The notes: a model not told the origin generated them from the letters alone. Counted from the stretch's first letter, positions 10,825-21,411 are shown. The stretch: DNA of 64,000 nt from Longimicrobiales bacterium (GCA_965248195.1 CBDFIQ010000002.1:512001-576000); one strand, 5' to 3'. Program-made: numbers and translations.

Positions 10825-12549
10825 ATGAGTCTGAGAGCCCCCATGAAACTTCATACCCTCGCTGCGTCGCCCGTTATCAGCTTGTTAGTCTCGTTTTCGA
10901 TCGTCTCAAGTGTACGAGCGCAGTGTGACACGCGGGGTGAAGGCTCCGAGAGGGTTTCGGGGATAGTTTTTGATGACCTCGATCAAGACGGACAGCACGG
11001 TGCCAGGGAGTCTGGTGTGGGGAGTGTCAGTGTCAGCAATGGCTGTGAAGTTGTTCTAACTGACTCGGACGGCCTTTACGAAATAAACCTGGCGCCAGGA
11101 CAAATACTGTTTGTCTCTCAACCATCTGGGTACGTAGTACCCGTTGACGAAAACAACCTACCTCTGTTTTTCTACCGTCACTATCCAGATGGTACTCCCA
11201 CGGCAATTTCCGGCACGTCAGTCGAATGGTTGTGGCCGGTTATAGAACCCACAGGCCCGCTTCCCGCCCGCATCGATTTTCCCCTGCATGAGCTCAGTTC
11301 GCAAGAAATCCGGTTTACGGCGCACGCTTTTGCAGATCCACAGGCTCGAAGTGATCTCGGCGAAGACATGTTGCGCGAGGATCTGGTGAATACACTGCTG
11401 GGCAATCCCTACCAGGCAGAGTTTTCGATCACCGTAGGTGACGTGGTCTATGATAATCTCGGCCTTTACGATCGCCACAAAGAAATGATTGGCTTGATCG
11501 GAATACCGCAGTGGAATCTGCCAGGCAATCATGACATGAATTTCGAGTCTCCTAATGCGCACTATGCCAACGAAACCTTCAAGAAGCACTTTGGCCCAAC
11601 CTATTTTTCGTTCAATTATGGAAACGCACATGTTGTTGCTCTGAACAACGTTGAATACGCGGGCGCAGGACAACGCAACTCCGCCAACGGGACTTATCGT
11701 GGGTTTATTTCAGACGACCAGCTGCTTTGGCTCGAGCGAGATCTCGCCAATGTCCCTGAAGACAAGCTCATCGTTATTGCCACTCACATTTCACTGATCA
11801 GCGAAGCTTCCGATGGCAATCCATCTCATGAAATAACTGGCCCCCATACCGATAACTTCGACCAACTGCTAGAACTCCTTCTTCCGTTCAACAACATCTA
11901 TGGCCTTGCAGGACACGATACCAGCAATAGCTGGAAGGTGGAGATCAACCATGAGCATGGCTGGACTGGTCAGCCATGGATAGCCCATACCCTGGCCGAA
12001 GTCCGCGGCAGCGGTTGGACCAGAGGCCCGAAGGATTTACGCGGCGTGGCGGACGCTACAATGGAGGACGGCAACCCCAACGGTTTTTATCTGTTGAAAT
12101 TTGATGACGTAACATTAGTCCCGGAGTTCATTCCATTTCCGTATGGGAGAGACGCAGCGCAGCGTTTGCGCATCGTGCTGGATCCAGAACTCGTCCATCC
12201 CGCCGATAACAGTATCAATCGAGGGATACTACGAACCAATACCAAAGTGGTCGTCAATCTCTTCGACGGGGGTGAGCGCGACAGCGTAAGATTGTCTCTT
12301 GACGGTGGCCCGCTGACACCGATGCGTTATGTGGTGCGAACCGACCCCTTCATGGAAAAAGCCTACCGGCAGCTTGCTGACACTCGCGACGCGTTTCCAA
12401 CGCCGGCAGCCTCAACACACATCTGGGAATTCGACTTGCCTGAAAACCTCGAACCTGGAATCCATCGTGTGGTGGTGGAAAGCGAGGATGAATTTGAGCA
12501 GCAACAACGCGGTGTTCTTTCGTTTGAGGTCACTCAAGCGGCACGGTGA
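10825..12549 (+). CDS. Calcineurin-like metallophosphoesterase with N- and C-terminal accessory domains
   Basis: ADPQ, VGDVVYD, PGNHD, ATHI, AGHD metal motifs; signal peptide. Confidence 0.85.
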   Translation: MSLRAPMKLHTLAASPVISLLVSFSIVSSVRAQCDTRGEGSERVSGIVFDDLDQDGQHGARESGVGSVSVSNGCEVVLTDSDGLYEINLAPGQILFVSQPSGYVVPVDENNLPLFFYRHYPDGTPTAISGTSVEWLWPVIEPTGPLPARIDFPLHELSSQEIRFTAHAFADPQARSDLGEDMLREDLVNTLLGNPYQAEFSITVGDVVYDNLGLYDRHKEMIGLIGIPQWNLPGNHDMNFESPNAHYANETFKKHFGPTYFSFNYGNAHVVALNNVEYAGAGQRNSANGTYRGFISDDQLLWLERDLANVPEDKLIVIATHISLISEASDGNPSHEITGPHTDNFDQLLELLLPFNNIYGLAGHDTSNSWKVEINHEHGWTGQPWIAHTLAEVRGSGWTRGPKDLRGVADATMEDGNPNGFYLLKFDDVTLVPEFIPFPYGRDAAQRLRIVLDPELVHPADNSINRGILRTNTKVVVNLFDGGERDSVRLSLDGGPLTPMRYVVRTDPFMEKAYRQLADTRDAFPTPAASTHIWEFDLPENLEPGIHRVVVESEDEFEQQQRGVLSFEVTQAAR

Positions 12550-12586
12550 CTGAGGGTCCAAGGGCCTTCGAAATCCCCACCTCCGC

Positions 12587-13057
12587 TCACTCGACCCGAC
12601 GGTACGTGAAGGTCGTGGTGACAGTACCGGCTGCGTTTGTTCCACTAGTCACCAGGGTGTTTCCGTCGATCCTGAATTCCCGTGAATAGGTGGAGTTTTG
12701 AGGCAACATGCCGTTTGCGGACTTCGCCACCACTATGTGGTAGGTAATCGTCGATCCGCTCAGTTCGTAGGTACCGGCCTGGGCAGTGAGTGGCCCCCAA
12801 GCGGCAACCAAGTCCGCATCTGTCGGATTCTGGGGGATGAGGGGCCGACCCTCCGTGCCGTTCACGAACAAGAGGGAGTAGTGGTCCTGGGTGTAGAACA
12901 GGAGCCTCGGCTGTACATCGGACCCTGAAATCGTGCCCGCATTTTGACCACCCTCGACAACCATTCTCGTCCCTCGCCATACCCCTTCTAGAGACTGGGC
13001 AGAAGCCAGCATTGGGGTCGCGAGCAACACCCCCAAAACGATCACTGAGCGCAGCAT
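12587..13057 (-). CDS. Secreted lipocalin-like domain protein
   Basis: Signal peptide, LEGVW, AQAGTYEL, terminal YRRVE; GGAGG RBS. Confidence 0.6.
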   Translation of the reverse strand: MLRSVIVLGVLLATPMLASAQSLEGVWRGTRMVVEGGQNAGTISGSDVQPRLLFYTQDHYSLLFVNGTEGRPLIPQNPTDADLVAAWGPLTAQAGTYELSGSTITYHIVVAKSANGMLPQNSTYSREFRIDGNTLVTSGTNAAGTVTTTFTYRRVE

Positions 13058-13270
13058 GGAGCACCTCCTCAGATCGGTGATCGTGCCGTTCGCCTTACGA
13101 ACGGCGTTCGGCAACATTTCCAGCTCGACTGAGAACCGCAAGGGAGCCGTCCCAGAGCAGCCGCTGCCCGGGAAGTTCAACACCCCGCCCGGCACCTGAT
13201 GTCGGCTGCCTCCTGTCGCGATGCGACCCAGGACGTGGTATGATTGCCGACCACATCAGGGGAGGCTCGC

Positions 13271-15250
13271 ATGGGCACACGTTCGTGGCCGCGACGTCTC
13301 GCGGTGGGTGCGCTGGCACTGGTCTGGGTGACCTTTGCTCGGTCCCCGTCCGCCGAGGCGCAGTCGTCCAGGCCGGCAGGCGAGTGGCACGCCACCGGGG
13401 GCGATCACACCAACACCAAGTACTCGCCGCTCGACCAGATCACGGCGGACAACTTCATGGATCTGGAGATCGCGTGGCGCTGGACGTCGATCTCGACCGA
13501 CGTCACCGAACGGAACGAGTCGATCATCCCTCCCAACGGGTTCAAGACGACGCCGTTGATGGCGGGCGGACTCATATATCTCAGCACGTCACTCGGCCAG
13601 GTAGCGGCGCTGGACGCCGGCAGCGGCGAGCTGGTCTGGTCGTACGATCCCCGTGCCTACGAGAGGATGGGGCGGCCGGCCAGCATGGGGTGGCAGCACC
13701 GTGGCGTGTCCTATTGGGAGGATGACGAGAGCGACGACGCCCGCATCTTCATCGCGCTGCAAGACCTGCGTCTGGTCGCGCTGAATGCTCGCACGGGCGC
13801 GCTTTATCCAGACTTCGGCCACGGTGGTTTCGTCGATCTCAGCCTCAGCCTCGGGCGCGAGATCAATCCGGTGCGGGTGACGCACACGTCGCCCGTCGCG
13901 ATCGCCCGCGACGTCGTGGTCGTGGGCAGCATCGTGCAGGATACCGAGCTGAGGCTCCGGGAGGCATCACCGGGACATGTGCGCGGGTTCGATGCGCGCA
14001 CCGGCGAGATGAGGTGGATCTTCCACACCATCCCACAGGGGGACGAGCTCGCGGTCGAGACCTGGGAGAACGAGTCGTGGCGGTACAGCGGTCACACGAA
14101 CGTCTGGGGGACGATGGCGGTCGACGACGAGCTGGGCATGGTCTACCTGCCGACAGGCACCCCGACCAACGACTATTACGGCGGAATGCGTCCGGGGAAT
14201 AACCTGTTCGCCGAGAGTATCATTGCCGTCGATGTCGAGACCGGAGAACGGGTCTGGCACTTCCAGGCGGTACATCACGGGCTTTGGGACTACGACTTCC
14301 CGACCGCAGGCAACCTGCTCGACATCACGGTCGACGGACGCGAGATCAAGGCGATCGCCCAGACGAGCAAGCAGGCCTTCGTCTATGTGCTCGACAGGGT
14401 GACCGGGGAGCCGGTCTGGCCGATCGAGGAGAGACCCGTTCCGCAGGGTGACGTGCCGGGCGAGTGGTACTCGCCCACGCAGCCGTTCCCGACCAAGCCG
14501 GCTCCGTTCGATCTGCAGGGGGTGACGGGGGACGACGTGATCGATTTCACGCCCGAGCTTCGCGCCGAGGCGCTCGAGATCATCGCAGAAAACGCACGCT
14601 TCGGGCCGCTCTTCGAGCCACCAGCGGTGGCCGGCACCAGACTGCCGGTCATCCAAGCTCCGGGGACCGGCGGCGGCATCAACTGGCCGGGCTCCGCCGT
14701 CGATCCGGAGACTGGACGGCTCTTCATCCCATCTCAGACCCGGCTACGGACCGTCGAGCTGATTCCGTACGAGGCGCCCGCCACGGTAGGGTACTTTACG
14801 GATCCCTGGGCAAGACCCATTCCGGGCCCCCGGGGGCTGCCGATCGTCAAGCCGCCGTACAAGAGGATAACGGCCATCGATCTGAACACCGGTGACCACC
14901 TCTGGATGAGCGCGCATGGCGATGGTCCCAGGAACCACCCGGCTCTCCAACATCTCAACCTGCCGGCACTCGGGGGGGGGAACGGGATGGCCGGCGGTGG
15001 ACCCCTGGTCACCAAGACGCTGCTGATGGTCAACTCCGGCGGGCGTGACGTAGCGAGCATGGAGGAGGTCGCTTCTACGATCACCGCCTACGACAAGGAC
15101 ACCGGGGAATATCTCGGGTCGGTGGAGCTCCCGTCGACACCGTGGGGCAATCCGATCACCTATCTCCACGATGGCAAGCAGCACATCCTGGTGGCTGTTG
15201 GTGGCCGTCCCGGCACCGTGGCGGAGCTGATCGCGTTGGCACTTCCGTAG
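13271..15250 (+). CDS. PQQ-dependent (glucose/quinate-type) dehydrogenase
   Basis: YSPLDQITADN, WHFQAVHHGLWDYD, GGINWPG, PITY motifs. Confidence 0.9.
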   Translation: MGTRSWPRRLAVGALALVWVTFARSPSAEAQSSRPAGEWHATGGDHTNTKYSPLDQITADNFMDLEIAWRWTSISTDVTERNESIIPPNGFKTTPLMAGGLIYLSTSLGQVAALDAGSGELVWSYDPRAYERMGRPASMGWQHRGVSYWEDDESDDARIFIALQDLRLVALNARTGALYPDFGHGGFVDLSLSLGREINPVRVTHTSPVAIARDVVVVGSIVQDTELRLREASPGHVRGFDARTGEMRWIFHTIPQGDELAVETWENESWRYSGHTNVWGTMAVDDELGMVYLPTGTPTNDYYGGMRPGNNLFAESIIAVDVETGERVWHFQAVHHGLWDYDFPTAGNLLDITVDGREIKAIAQTSKQAFVYVLDRVTGEPVWPIEERPVPQGDVPGEWYSPTQPFPTKPAPFDLQGVTGDDVIDFTPELRAEALEIIAENARFGPLFEPPAVAGTRLPVIQAPGTGGGINWPGSAVDPETGRLFIPSQTRLRTVELIPYEAPATVGYFTDPWARPIPGPRGLPIVKPPYKRITAIDLNTGDHLWMSAHGDGPRNHPALQHLNLPALGGGNGMAGGGPLVTKTLLMVNSGGRDVASMEEVASTITAYDKDTGEYLGSVELPSTPWGNPITYLHDGKQHILVAVGGRPGTVAELIALALP

Positions 15251-15288
15251 CCCGCTGAGGGATTTTCTTCGAAGAATCGACGAGGGGG

Positions 15289-15324
15289 TTGACAACGGCG
15301 CTCACTTCATACAGACTGGTCGGT
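15289..15324 (+). promoter_or_regulatory. tetR promoter with overlapping operator
   Basis: TTGACA(15289)-17 nt-CAGACT; near-palindrome ACAGACTGGTCGGT 15311-15324 abutting ATG. Confidence 0.6.
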
Positions 15325-15960
15325 ATGTTAACGCAAGCGACCACCACACCCCCCGCACGGGGCCGCACGCACGACCCCGAGGGCACTCGTGCGCTACTCG
15401 TGGAGAACGCTTTCCGTGAGATCCACGCCCACGGTTATGCGGGAGCGAGCCTCGACCGCATCCTGGCCAGCTCGAGCGTCACGAAGGGAGCGCTGTATCA
15501 CCACTTCAACAGCAAGGCCGACCTGCTGCACGCGGTCATCGACGAGGCGATACGGCCGATGGTCGTGGAGCGATGGTTGGGGCCGCTCCAGGAGTCCGAC
15601 GATCCGATCCGCACGCTGGCCGAGTCGACCGTCGCCATGATGGCAGAGGCCACTCCCGAAGAGATGTGCTGCGGGTGCCCACTGAACAACCTCACGCAGG
15701 AGCTCGCGGGCGTTGATGAGGATTTCAGGCAGCATCTCGATCGCATTGCAGACGACTGGAGGGCAGGCATTCGGGCCGCCTTCGAACGCGGTCAGGTGGC
15801 CGGAAACATCCGCAAGGACGTGAATGCGGCAGCAGTGGCGAGTCTGGTGTTCGCCACGTACCAGGGTCTCATCGGTTCGGTGAAGACCTCGCACGATAAG
15901 GATGCGGTCATGGCAGGTCTTTCGATGTTCCTGGACCTTTTGGAAGGACTGAGACCCTAG
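15325..15960 (+). CDS. TetR/AcrR family transcriptional regulator
   Basis: GYAGASLDRILASSSVTKGALYHHFNSKADL HTH; GCPLNNL. Confidence 0.92.
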   Translation: MLTQATTTPPARGRTHDPEGTRALLVENAFREIHAHGYAGASLDRILASSSVTKGALYHHFNSKADLLHAVIDEAIRPMVVERWLGPLQESDDPIRTLAESTVAMMAEATPEEMCCGCPLNNLTQELAGVDEDFRQHLDRIADDWRAGIRAAFERGQVAGNIRKDVNAAAVASLVFATYQGLIGSVKTSHDKDAVMAGLSMFLDLLEGLRP

Positions 15961-15966
15961 GACGTT

Positions 15967-15996
15967 CCCCACGAAGTTCGTCGTGGGGTTTTTTTT
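15967..15996 (+). terminator. Intrinsic terminator
   Basis: CCCCACGA-agttcg-TCGTGGGG plus T8. Confidence 0.8.
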
Positions 15997-16009
15997 GGAC
16001 CCGTAACAT

Positions 16010-16023
16010 ACCGACTAGTCGGT
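16010..16023. promoter_or_regulatory. Predicted TetR operator
   Basis: Perfect palindrome ACCGACTAGTCGGT, 12/14 identical to the site at 15311. Confidence 0.7.
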
Positions 16024-17205
16024 TTCTAAGGAGACGATAGGATGAGTGAGATGACGAACGGCTCTCCCGGACGCACGGACCGCTACACGCGCTGGGTAAT
16101 CCGGAACAGGTGGTGGGTCGTGCTGAGCGCCTTGCTTGTGACGATGGCTTTGGGCACGGGCATGTCGAAGCTGGGACTGGCGAACGACTACCGCGTCTTC
16201 TTCAGTGAAGACAACCCCGATCTGAACGCCTTCGAGGCGGTCGAGAACATCTACACGAAGAATGACAACGTGTTGTTCATCGTGAAGCCCAGGGAGGGCG
16301 AGGTGTTCACGGCGGCGAATCTCGAGGTGATCCGTTCGCTCACCGAAGACGCATGGCAGATCCCGTTTTCGACGCGGGTCGACGCCATCACGAACTTCCA
16401 GCATACCTGGGCGGACGGCGACGAGTTGATCGTCGAAGACCTCGTGGGGCGTGGGGAGATCAGGCCGGAGATAGTGGCGCGCGCCAGGCGCGTCTCGCTC
16501 GCGGAACCACTACTGACGGGACGGCTCATCGCGCCCGACGCGCGCACGACGGGCGTGAACGTACGCATCTCGCTGCGTGGTGAAGCCGTCGACGAACTGG
16601 CCCAGACCGTGGCGTACGCTCGCGGACTGGTCGCCGAGTACAGCGAGGCGCATCCGGAGTTGGAGATCCAGGTGGGCGGCCTGTCCATGCTCAACTGGGC
16701 CTTTGCCGAGGCGCCCATGCGGGACATGCCGGTCGTGATGCCACTGATGTTCCTGATGTTCATGATCACGATGGGGCTTTTCCTGCGTTCCGTCACCGGG
16801 CTGGTGGCGACGCTGGGCGTGATCGGATTCTCGACGGCGAGCGCGTTGGGAATCGCGGGGCACATGGGTGTGTTTCTGGATCCGACCAGCGCGTCGGCGC
16901 CCACGATCATCCTGACGCTCGCGGTGGCTGACTCGGTGCACGTCCTGGTGTCGCTGCTCCAGTCGATGCGCGCGGGCAACCCGAAGCTGGACGCTCTGGT
17001 CGAGGCGATCCGTGTCAACGCCAAGCCGGTCTTTCTCACCAGCCTTACCACGGTTGTTGGTTTCTTGACGCTCAACTTCAGCGACTCGCCGCCGTTCCGG
17101 CTTCTCGGCAACCTGACAGCGGTGGGCGTGGTCTTCGCCTGGATCTTCTCGATGACGCTGCTGCCCGCGCTGGTCGCCATCCTCCCGGTCAAGCAGCCCC
17201 GCGAG

Positions 17206-18581
17206 GGTAGTGTCCCTAGATTTGTGTAAAAGCGGATAAGCTGGACAGGAGGGAAAGAAAAACGGAAGCTCCTCTGTTGTTGTTCACTGTCACATGAACC
17301 CGGGAGTCCGGGTCTGCAGAGCAGGCTCGGAACCGGAGAGGAGCTTCCGATGCAAGAGATTGTGGAGATCGGTCGGGCCACGCAAGACGAGCTACGCGAT
17401 GATTTGCGCGAGCTGTTTCAAGGCGCGATCCGGCTGACGCTCGAGATGGTGCTGGAAGAGGAGCTGAAGGCCATGGTAGGTGCACGCCGCTTCGAGCGGG
17501 TGGGAAGCCGGAAGGACCATAGGAACGGCACATACCTGAGGCGGCTGCTGACGAGCCTGGGGCAGATCGAGGTCGCCATGCCCCGGAGCCGGGACAACGG
17601 TTCGCCGGCCGACGTGATCGGCCGCTACCAGCGCAGGAGCCCCGAGCTCGACGAGATGATGGTCGAGGCGTATGTGAGCGGCGTGTCACAGCGCAAGATG
17701 GGCGACGTCACCGAGGCGCTGATGGGCGAGCGTGTTGGGCGCTCGACGGTGAGTCGTGTGGCAAAACGGCTCGACGAGGCCGTGGAAGGGCTGCGCCGTG
17801 CGCCGATCGAGGGGCCTCACCCCTATCTGTACCTGGACGCCACGTTCTTGGACGCCCGCTGGGCCCGCAAAGTCGAGAACGTGAGTGCGCTCGTGGCGTA
17901 TGCAGTGGGCCCTGAGGGTCACCGACGGCTCCTGGCCGTCACGCTGGGCGCTGAGGAGTCGCAGCAGAGCTGGTCGGAGCTCCTCGAGCAACTCCAGGAC
18001 CGCGGCCTCGGCGGTGTCGAGCTCGTGATCGCCGATGAGCACGCAGGCCTGGCAGCTGCGGTCCGCCGCTTCCTGCCCGAGGCACGCCGTCAGAGGTGTA
18101 CGGTCCATCTGCAGCGTAATGTGGGGGCGAGGGTCCCCCACCGCTTACGCAAGCGCGTGGCGCGTGAGGTCTCGGTGATCTTCCAGACATCCGGACTCGC
18201 CGAGGCGAAGAAGCTCCTGGGCGAGTTCGGCGCACGCTGGAAGAAGGAGCTGCCCGAGGCCGTGGAGGTCCTGGAGCGGGGCTTCGGGGCAGCGACGCAG
18301 TTCTACGCGTTCCCCGAGGCGCACTGGCCCCGGCTGCGTACCACCAACAGCCTCGAGCGGCTGCACGGCGAGATCAAACGCAGGATCAAGGCCGCCGGCG
18401 CCTTCCCGGACCGGGCCAGCGCCCTCAGGCTCATCACGGCCGTCGCACTCAGGACCACACACGTCTGGGGCGACCGGCGTTACCTCGACCTCTCACTCCT
18501 CCAGAAACAGGAGGTCGCCCAAGCAGCCTAGCCGAAGGCGAGGAGCTTCCTCCGCTTTTACACACAAATCGGGACTTGACC
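17206..18581 (+). mobile_element. IS256-family element, copy 1 (1376 bp)
   Basis: Imperfect IRs GGTAGTGTCCC.. / ..GGGACTTGACC; 9-bp TSD CCCCGCGAG (17197-17205, 18582-18590). Confidence 0.95.
17350..18531 (+). CDS. IS256-family transposase
   Basis: YLYLDAT, VIADEHAGL, QRCTVH, RTTNSLER. Confidence 0.95.
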   Translation: MQEIVEIGRATQDELRDDLRELFQGAIRLTLEMVLEEELKAMVGARRFERVGSRKDHRNGTYLRRLLTSLGQIEVAMPRSRDNGSPADVIGRYQRRSPELDEMMVEAYVSGVSQRKMGDVTEALMGERVGRSTVSRVAKRLDEAVEGLRRAPIEGPHPYLYLDATFLDARWARKVENVSALVAYAVGPEGHRRLLAVTLGAEESQQSWSELLEQLQDRGLGGVELVIADEHAGLAAAVRRFLPEARRQRCTVHLQRNVGARVPHRLRKRVAREVSVIFQTSGLAEAKKLLGEFGARWKKELPEAVEVLERGFGAATQFYAFPEAHWPRLRTTNSLERLHGEIKRRIKAAGAFPDRASALRLITAVALRTTHVWGDRRYLDLSLLQKQEVAQAA

Positions 18582-18721
18582 CCCCGCGAGAGCGGCAGCC
18601 GCATTAACGCGTGGCTCGACCGCCTCAGCGAGATGATGGTGGTCCGTCACCGGACGGTCCTGGCAGGCATGGCCGTGGCCACCGTGGGTCTGTCCTTCGC
18701 GGTGACCACGCTGGAAGTGAA

Positions 18722-18731
18722 CGACCACTTC
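18722..18731 (+). repeat. attL core CGACCACTTC
   Basis: Identical to 60341-60350; next to integrase 3' end. Confidence 0.88.
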
Positions 18732-18794
18732 TACTACAATCGAGCAAGTACAACACTCTGTGGTCTGGCATATGGCAAACCGTTGTTTTCGCTG

Positions 18795-20045
18795 TCACCC
18801 CTGGATCCTCCTTTCGATGTACTGAACGGCGGCCCGGTAGGTGTCAGGAATAAGGTGGGCGTAGGTCTCCTCGACGACCTTGGTCGTGTCACCTAGCAGG
18901 GTGGCGATCACATTGAGCGGAACGCCATCCTGGGCCAGCCATGAGGCGTAAGTGTGACGACCCGAATGCAGCGTGAGCCCGTCGCCTTCCCTCCCGTACT
19001 TGATCCCGGCCAGCTCGAAAGCGTCCTGGGTCCAGCGAGCCGAGGTGCCGGCCGTCACAGGCTGATCTCCGCGATGAGGGCTCAGAATCAAGTACCGCTC
19101 CCCGGCATACCCTCTGCGGAGGTGGTCTTCGATGATCGTGACGAGGCTCTCGGTGATCGGCACATCCCTTTCACCGCGCCGCGTCTTCGGCCTCCAGGGA
19201 TAGGCATCCTTGCGGGACTGGACGCGGATGAGCGGTTCGGGGCTCTCCAGAAGCACATCCACGTCGGTGCGCAGATGTAGAATCTCGCCTTGGCGCAGTC
19301 CGGCGAGGAACGCAATCGCGATCATCGCCCGGCTGGGGATCCCAACCATACTGCGGTCCAGGTCCATCCACTCCGGCGGAGTCAGGAACACAGCCCGTGT
19401 CGGCCGGATCTCGGGCATCTCGACGCCCTTCCAGGGGTTGCTACGGATCGCGGGCTGTACGTTGAGGCGAGCGAGCAGGTCGGCCTCCTCGTCCATAACC
19501 ATGCTCCAGAGTGCCCCGCACACGACCTGGCAAGCCCCTTGGCTGGCAGGTGCCCACGGACGTCCCCCGGTGCTTGCTTTCGGGCCGTGCAGGTACGCGC
19601 GCGCCTCGTCGACCGTCAGCTCTTCCATAGGGAAGTCCGAGCCAAGGTCTCTCTCAAGGTTCCCGAGAACCGTCCGATACTTATTGATGGTGGCCCTGCT
19701 GCGTGTGGCCTCTTTGAGCCTCAGGAATCGTTCGATCGCTGGCCCGAGCCGGGGGGAGTCGGAGCCCATGCGCCGCAGCTTGGTGGCGTCGCCGTTACGT
19801 AGCGCGGCCTGCGCGTCGGTGATGTGCATGTCGCCACGGCGGATCGCCTCAAGCACGTTCCAGTCGCCACGATCCATGAGCTGAGTCAGGACGGTATGAC
19901 GCTCGGTGGCCACATCCCGATCGCCGGTCCTGAGCGAAATCGCGAGCCGCCCGCCGTTGAACCGCGAGTGCCGACGGTCGAAGTAGGCGCGGCCAGCTCG
20001 CCATACGAGGCCCTTGGGGGCACGTGAGCGCTTTCTAGGACTCAC
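18795..20045 (-). CDS. int: Tyrosine integrase
   Basis: GLRQGE (R), HSGRH (HxxR), LLGD..Y catalytic residues; start approximate. Confidence 0.92.
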   Translation of the reverse strand: MSPRKRSRAPKGLVWRAGRAYFDRRHSRFNGGRLAISLRTGDRDVATERHTVLTQLMDRGDWNVLEAIRRGDMHITDAQAALRNGDATKLRRMGSDSPRLGPAIERFLRLKEATRSRATINKYRTVLGNLERDLGSDFPMEELTVDEARAYLHGPKASTGGRPWAPASQGACQVVCGALWSMVMDEEADLLARLNVQPAIRSNPWKGVEMPEIRPTRAVFLTPPEWMDLDRSMVGIPSRAMIAIAFLAGLRQGEILHLRTDVDVLLESPEPLIRVQSRKDAYPWRPKTRRGERDVPITESLVTIIEDHLRRGYAGERYLILSPHRGDQPVTAGTSARWTQDAFELAGIKYGREGDGLTLHSGRHTYASWLAQDGVPLNVIATLLGDTTKVVEETYAHLIPDTYRAAVQYIERRIQG

Positions 20046-20280
20046 TGCCCACGAGCTCCTCACACTCTTGGACGAAGCGATCGACAGCCTTCGGCGAGAT
20101 TCGGTAGTGTGCCTTGCCAGAGCGCGACACGTTCAGGACCCCGGGGGGCTTCAGGTGGCCTTCGTGGATCATCTTGAGCACGAAACCGGCGGACATCCCG
20201 CCGATGCGCTCGCCCGCCTGTTCCGTACTGAGCCAGTTGTATGCGGCCTCGTACTGCTCCGGGGTCTTCGTTCTGCTCAC
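20035..20280 (-). CDS. Excisionase-like HTH protein
   Basis: WLSTEQAGERIGG..YRIS..VDRFV; directly upstream of int. Confidence 0.7.
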   Translation of the reverse strand: MSRTKTPEQYEAAYNWLSTEQAGERIGGMSAGFVLKMIHEGHLKPPGVLNVSRSGKAHYRISPKAVDRFVQECEELVGSES

Positions 20281-20281
20281 C

Positions 20282-21076
20282 TCACCACGCCTCTACGGCT
20301 TCAGTGGCCCAGGGAGTCGGGCGCACGACCCGCTCCTCTGCGCCCCGCTCCACCATCCGCCGGAACAAAAGGACCGCGCTGTCTTGCAGTGCGCGTTTCG
20401 TGGGCTCCAGCGCGGCCCCGGCAGCGGCCCAGGCAGCGTCCCCGGCGGCGGCCCTGGTGGCGTCCACGGCGGCGGCCCTGGCGGCGGCCCAGGCAGCGGC
20501 CCCGGCAGCAGCCCAGGCAGCGTCCCAGGCGGCGGCCCTGGCAGCGTCCCCGGCGGCGGCCCTGGTGGCGTCCACGGCGGGGGCCCAGGCGGCGGCCCAG
20601 GCGGCGGCCCAGGCGGCGTCCGATCTGCGAACAGCTCCTAACCTCCCTCGCGCAGCATCGAGCGTTTCCATGTTTACGATCTCGGGGAGCGACTCCAGTC
20701 CCTCAGCGTCCGTGTCCAGGCGGGCCAGCCGCAGCCATGCGGGCGTATAGGTACGGACGATCCAATCCATCGCCATGAAGCCGCGAGCCTCGGCCTGGCC
20801 ATCGCTCGCCGTGCCGACGAGCGCCGGGATGAGTGGCTTCAGCCGCCCTCGTCGCTCGACGTCCAGACGGTCGTTGAGGTCGCGCCCGAACGCGCCGAGC
20901 ACCGGGCAGACGGATTTCGGTTCATCGCTGTGCGGCTCGCACGCCAGCCAGGCGACGGCCTCCATGAGGCACACGCCTTCGTCCGGGCCCTGGTGCGATC
21001 CATTTTCCAGCCTCAGGCGCCCGAACTCCTCCGCGCTCCGCCAGAACCGCGGTTCGCTACGTGTCTCTGTCATCAT
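20282..21076 (-). CDS. Phage protein with AAWA/AARA tetrapeptide repeats
   Basis: GSH..CLMEAV..HSD.P..VCPVL N-terminus; 12-nt repeat array 20410-20620. Confidence 0.75.
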   Translation of the reverse strand: MMTETRSEPRFWRSAEEFGRLRLENGSHQGPDEGVCLMEAVAWLACEPHSDEPKSVCPVLGAFGRDLNDRLDVERRGRLKPLIPALVGTASDGQAEARGFMAMDWIVRTYTPAWLRLARLDTDAEGLESLPEIVNMETLDAARGRLGAVRRSDAAWAAAWAAAWAPAVDATRAAAGDAARAAAWDAAWAAAGAAAWAAARAAAVDATRAAAGDAAWAAAGAALEPTKRALQDSAVLLFRRMVERGAEERVVRPTPWATEAVEAW

Positions 21077-21411
21077 TGCACCTCCCCTTGTGTGCAGTTC
21101 GCCATCCCTTTACTCACACACCAATCGAATGCGTCGTCGGCTGATCTCCATACCAGACTCGTGCCGCCGTTGTCGTTCCAGTGCATCCTGAAATGCTCCT
21201 GGCGCAACGTGAGTTTGCCTTTCGGTACCTTTACCTCCACGAACAACGTGCGCCCGTGGCCGGCGATGATGAGATCCGGTATGCCAGGCGATGTCCTCGT
21301 GCCGCCGCGCTCCTTTCTGTAGCCTTGCTCCGAGCTCCAGACGCTGAAGCCAACTTGGGTGAGCACATCGTGGATGTCGCGGCTGATCTTCGCCTCGGGC
21401 TTCAATGGAAC
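21073..21411 (-). CDS. VRR-NUC domain nuclease
   Basis: GIPDLII..LFVEVK..GKL..QE PD-(D/E)XK motif; start approximate. Confidence 0.8.
   Translation of the reverse strand, partial: VPLKPEAKISRDIHDVLTQVGFSVWSSEQGYRKERGGTRTSPGIPDLIIAGHGRTLFVEVKVPKGKLTLRQEHFRMHWNDNGGTSLVWRSADDAFDWCVSKGMANCTQGEVQ

Larger units (their letters stand above)
16042..18731 (+). pseudogene. MMPL/RND-family transporter, 5' half (interrupted by IS256, ends at attL)
   Basis: NDYRVFFS, LAVADSVH, TSLTTVVGFL; frame resumes after the IS TSD (PRE|SGSRINAW...EVNDHF). Confidence 0.88.

Noticed and set aside
20114..20750. Gly/Pro- and Ala/Gln-rich plus-strand ORFs
   Set aside because: Alternative-frame readings of the 12-nt repeat in 20282-21076.
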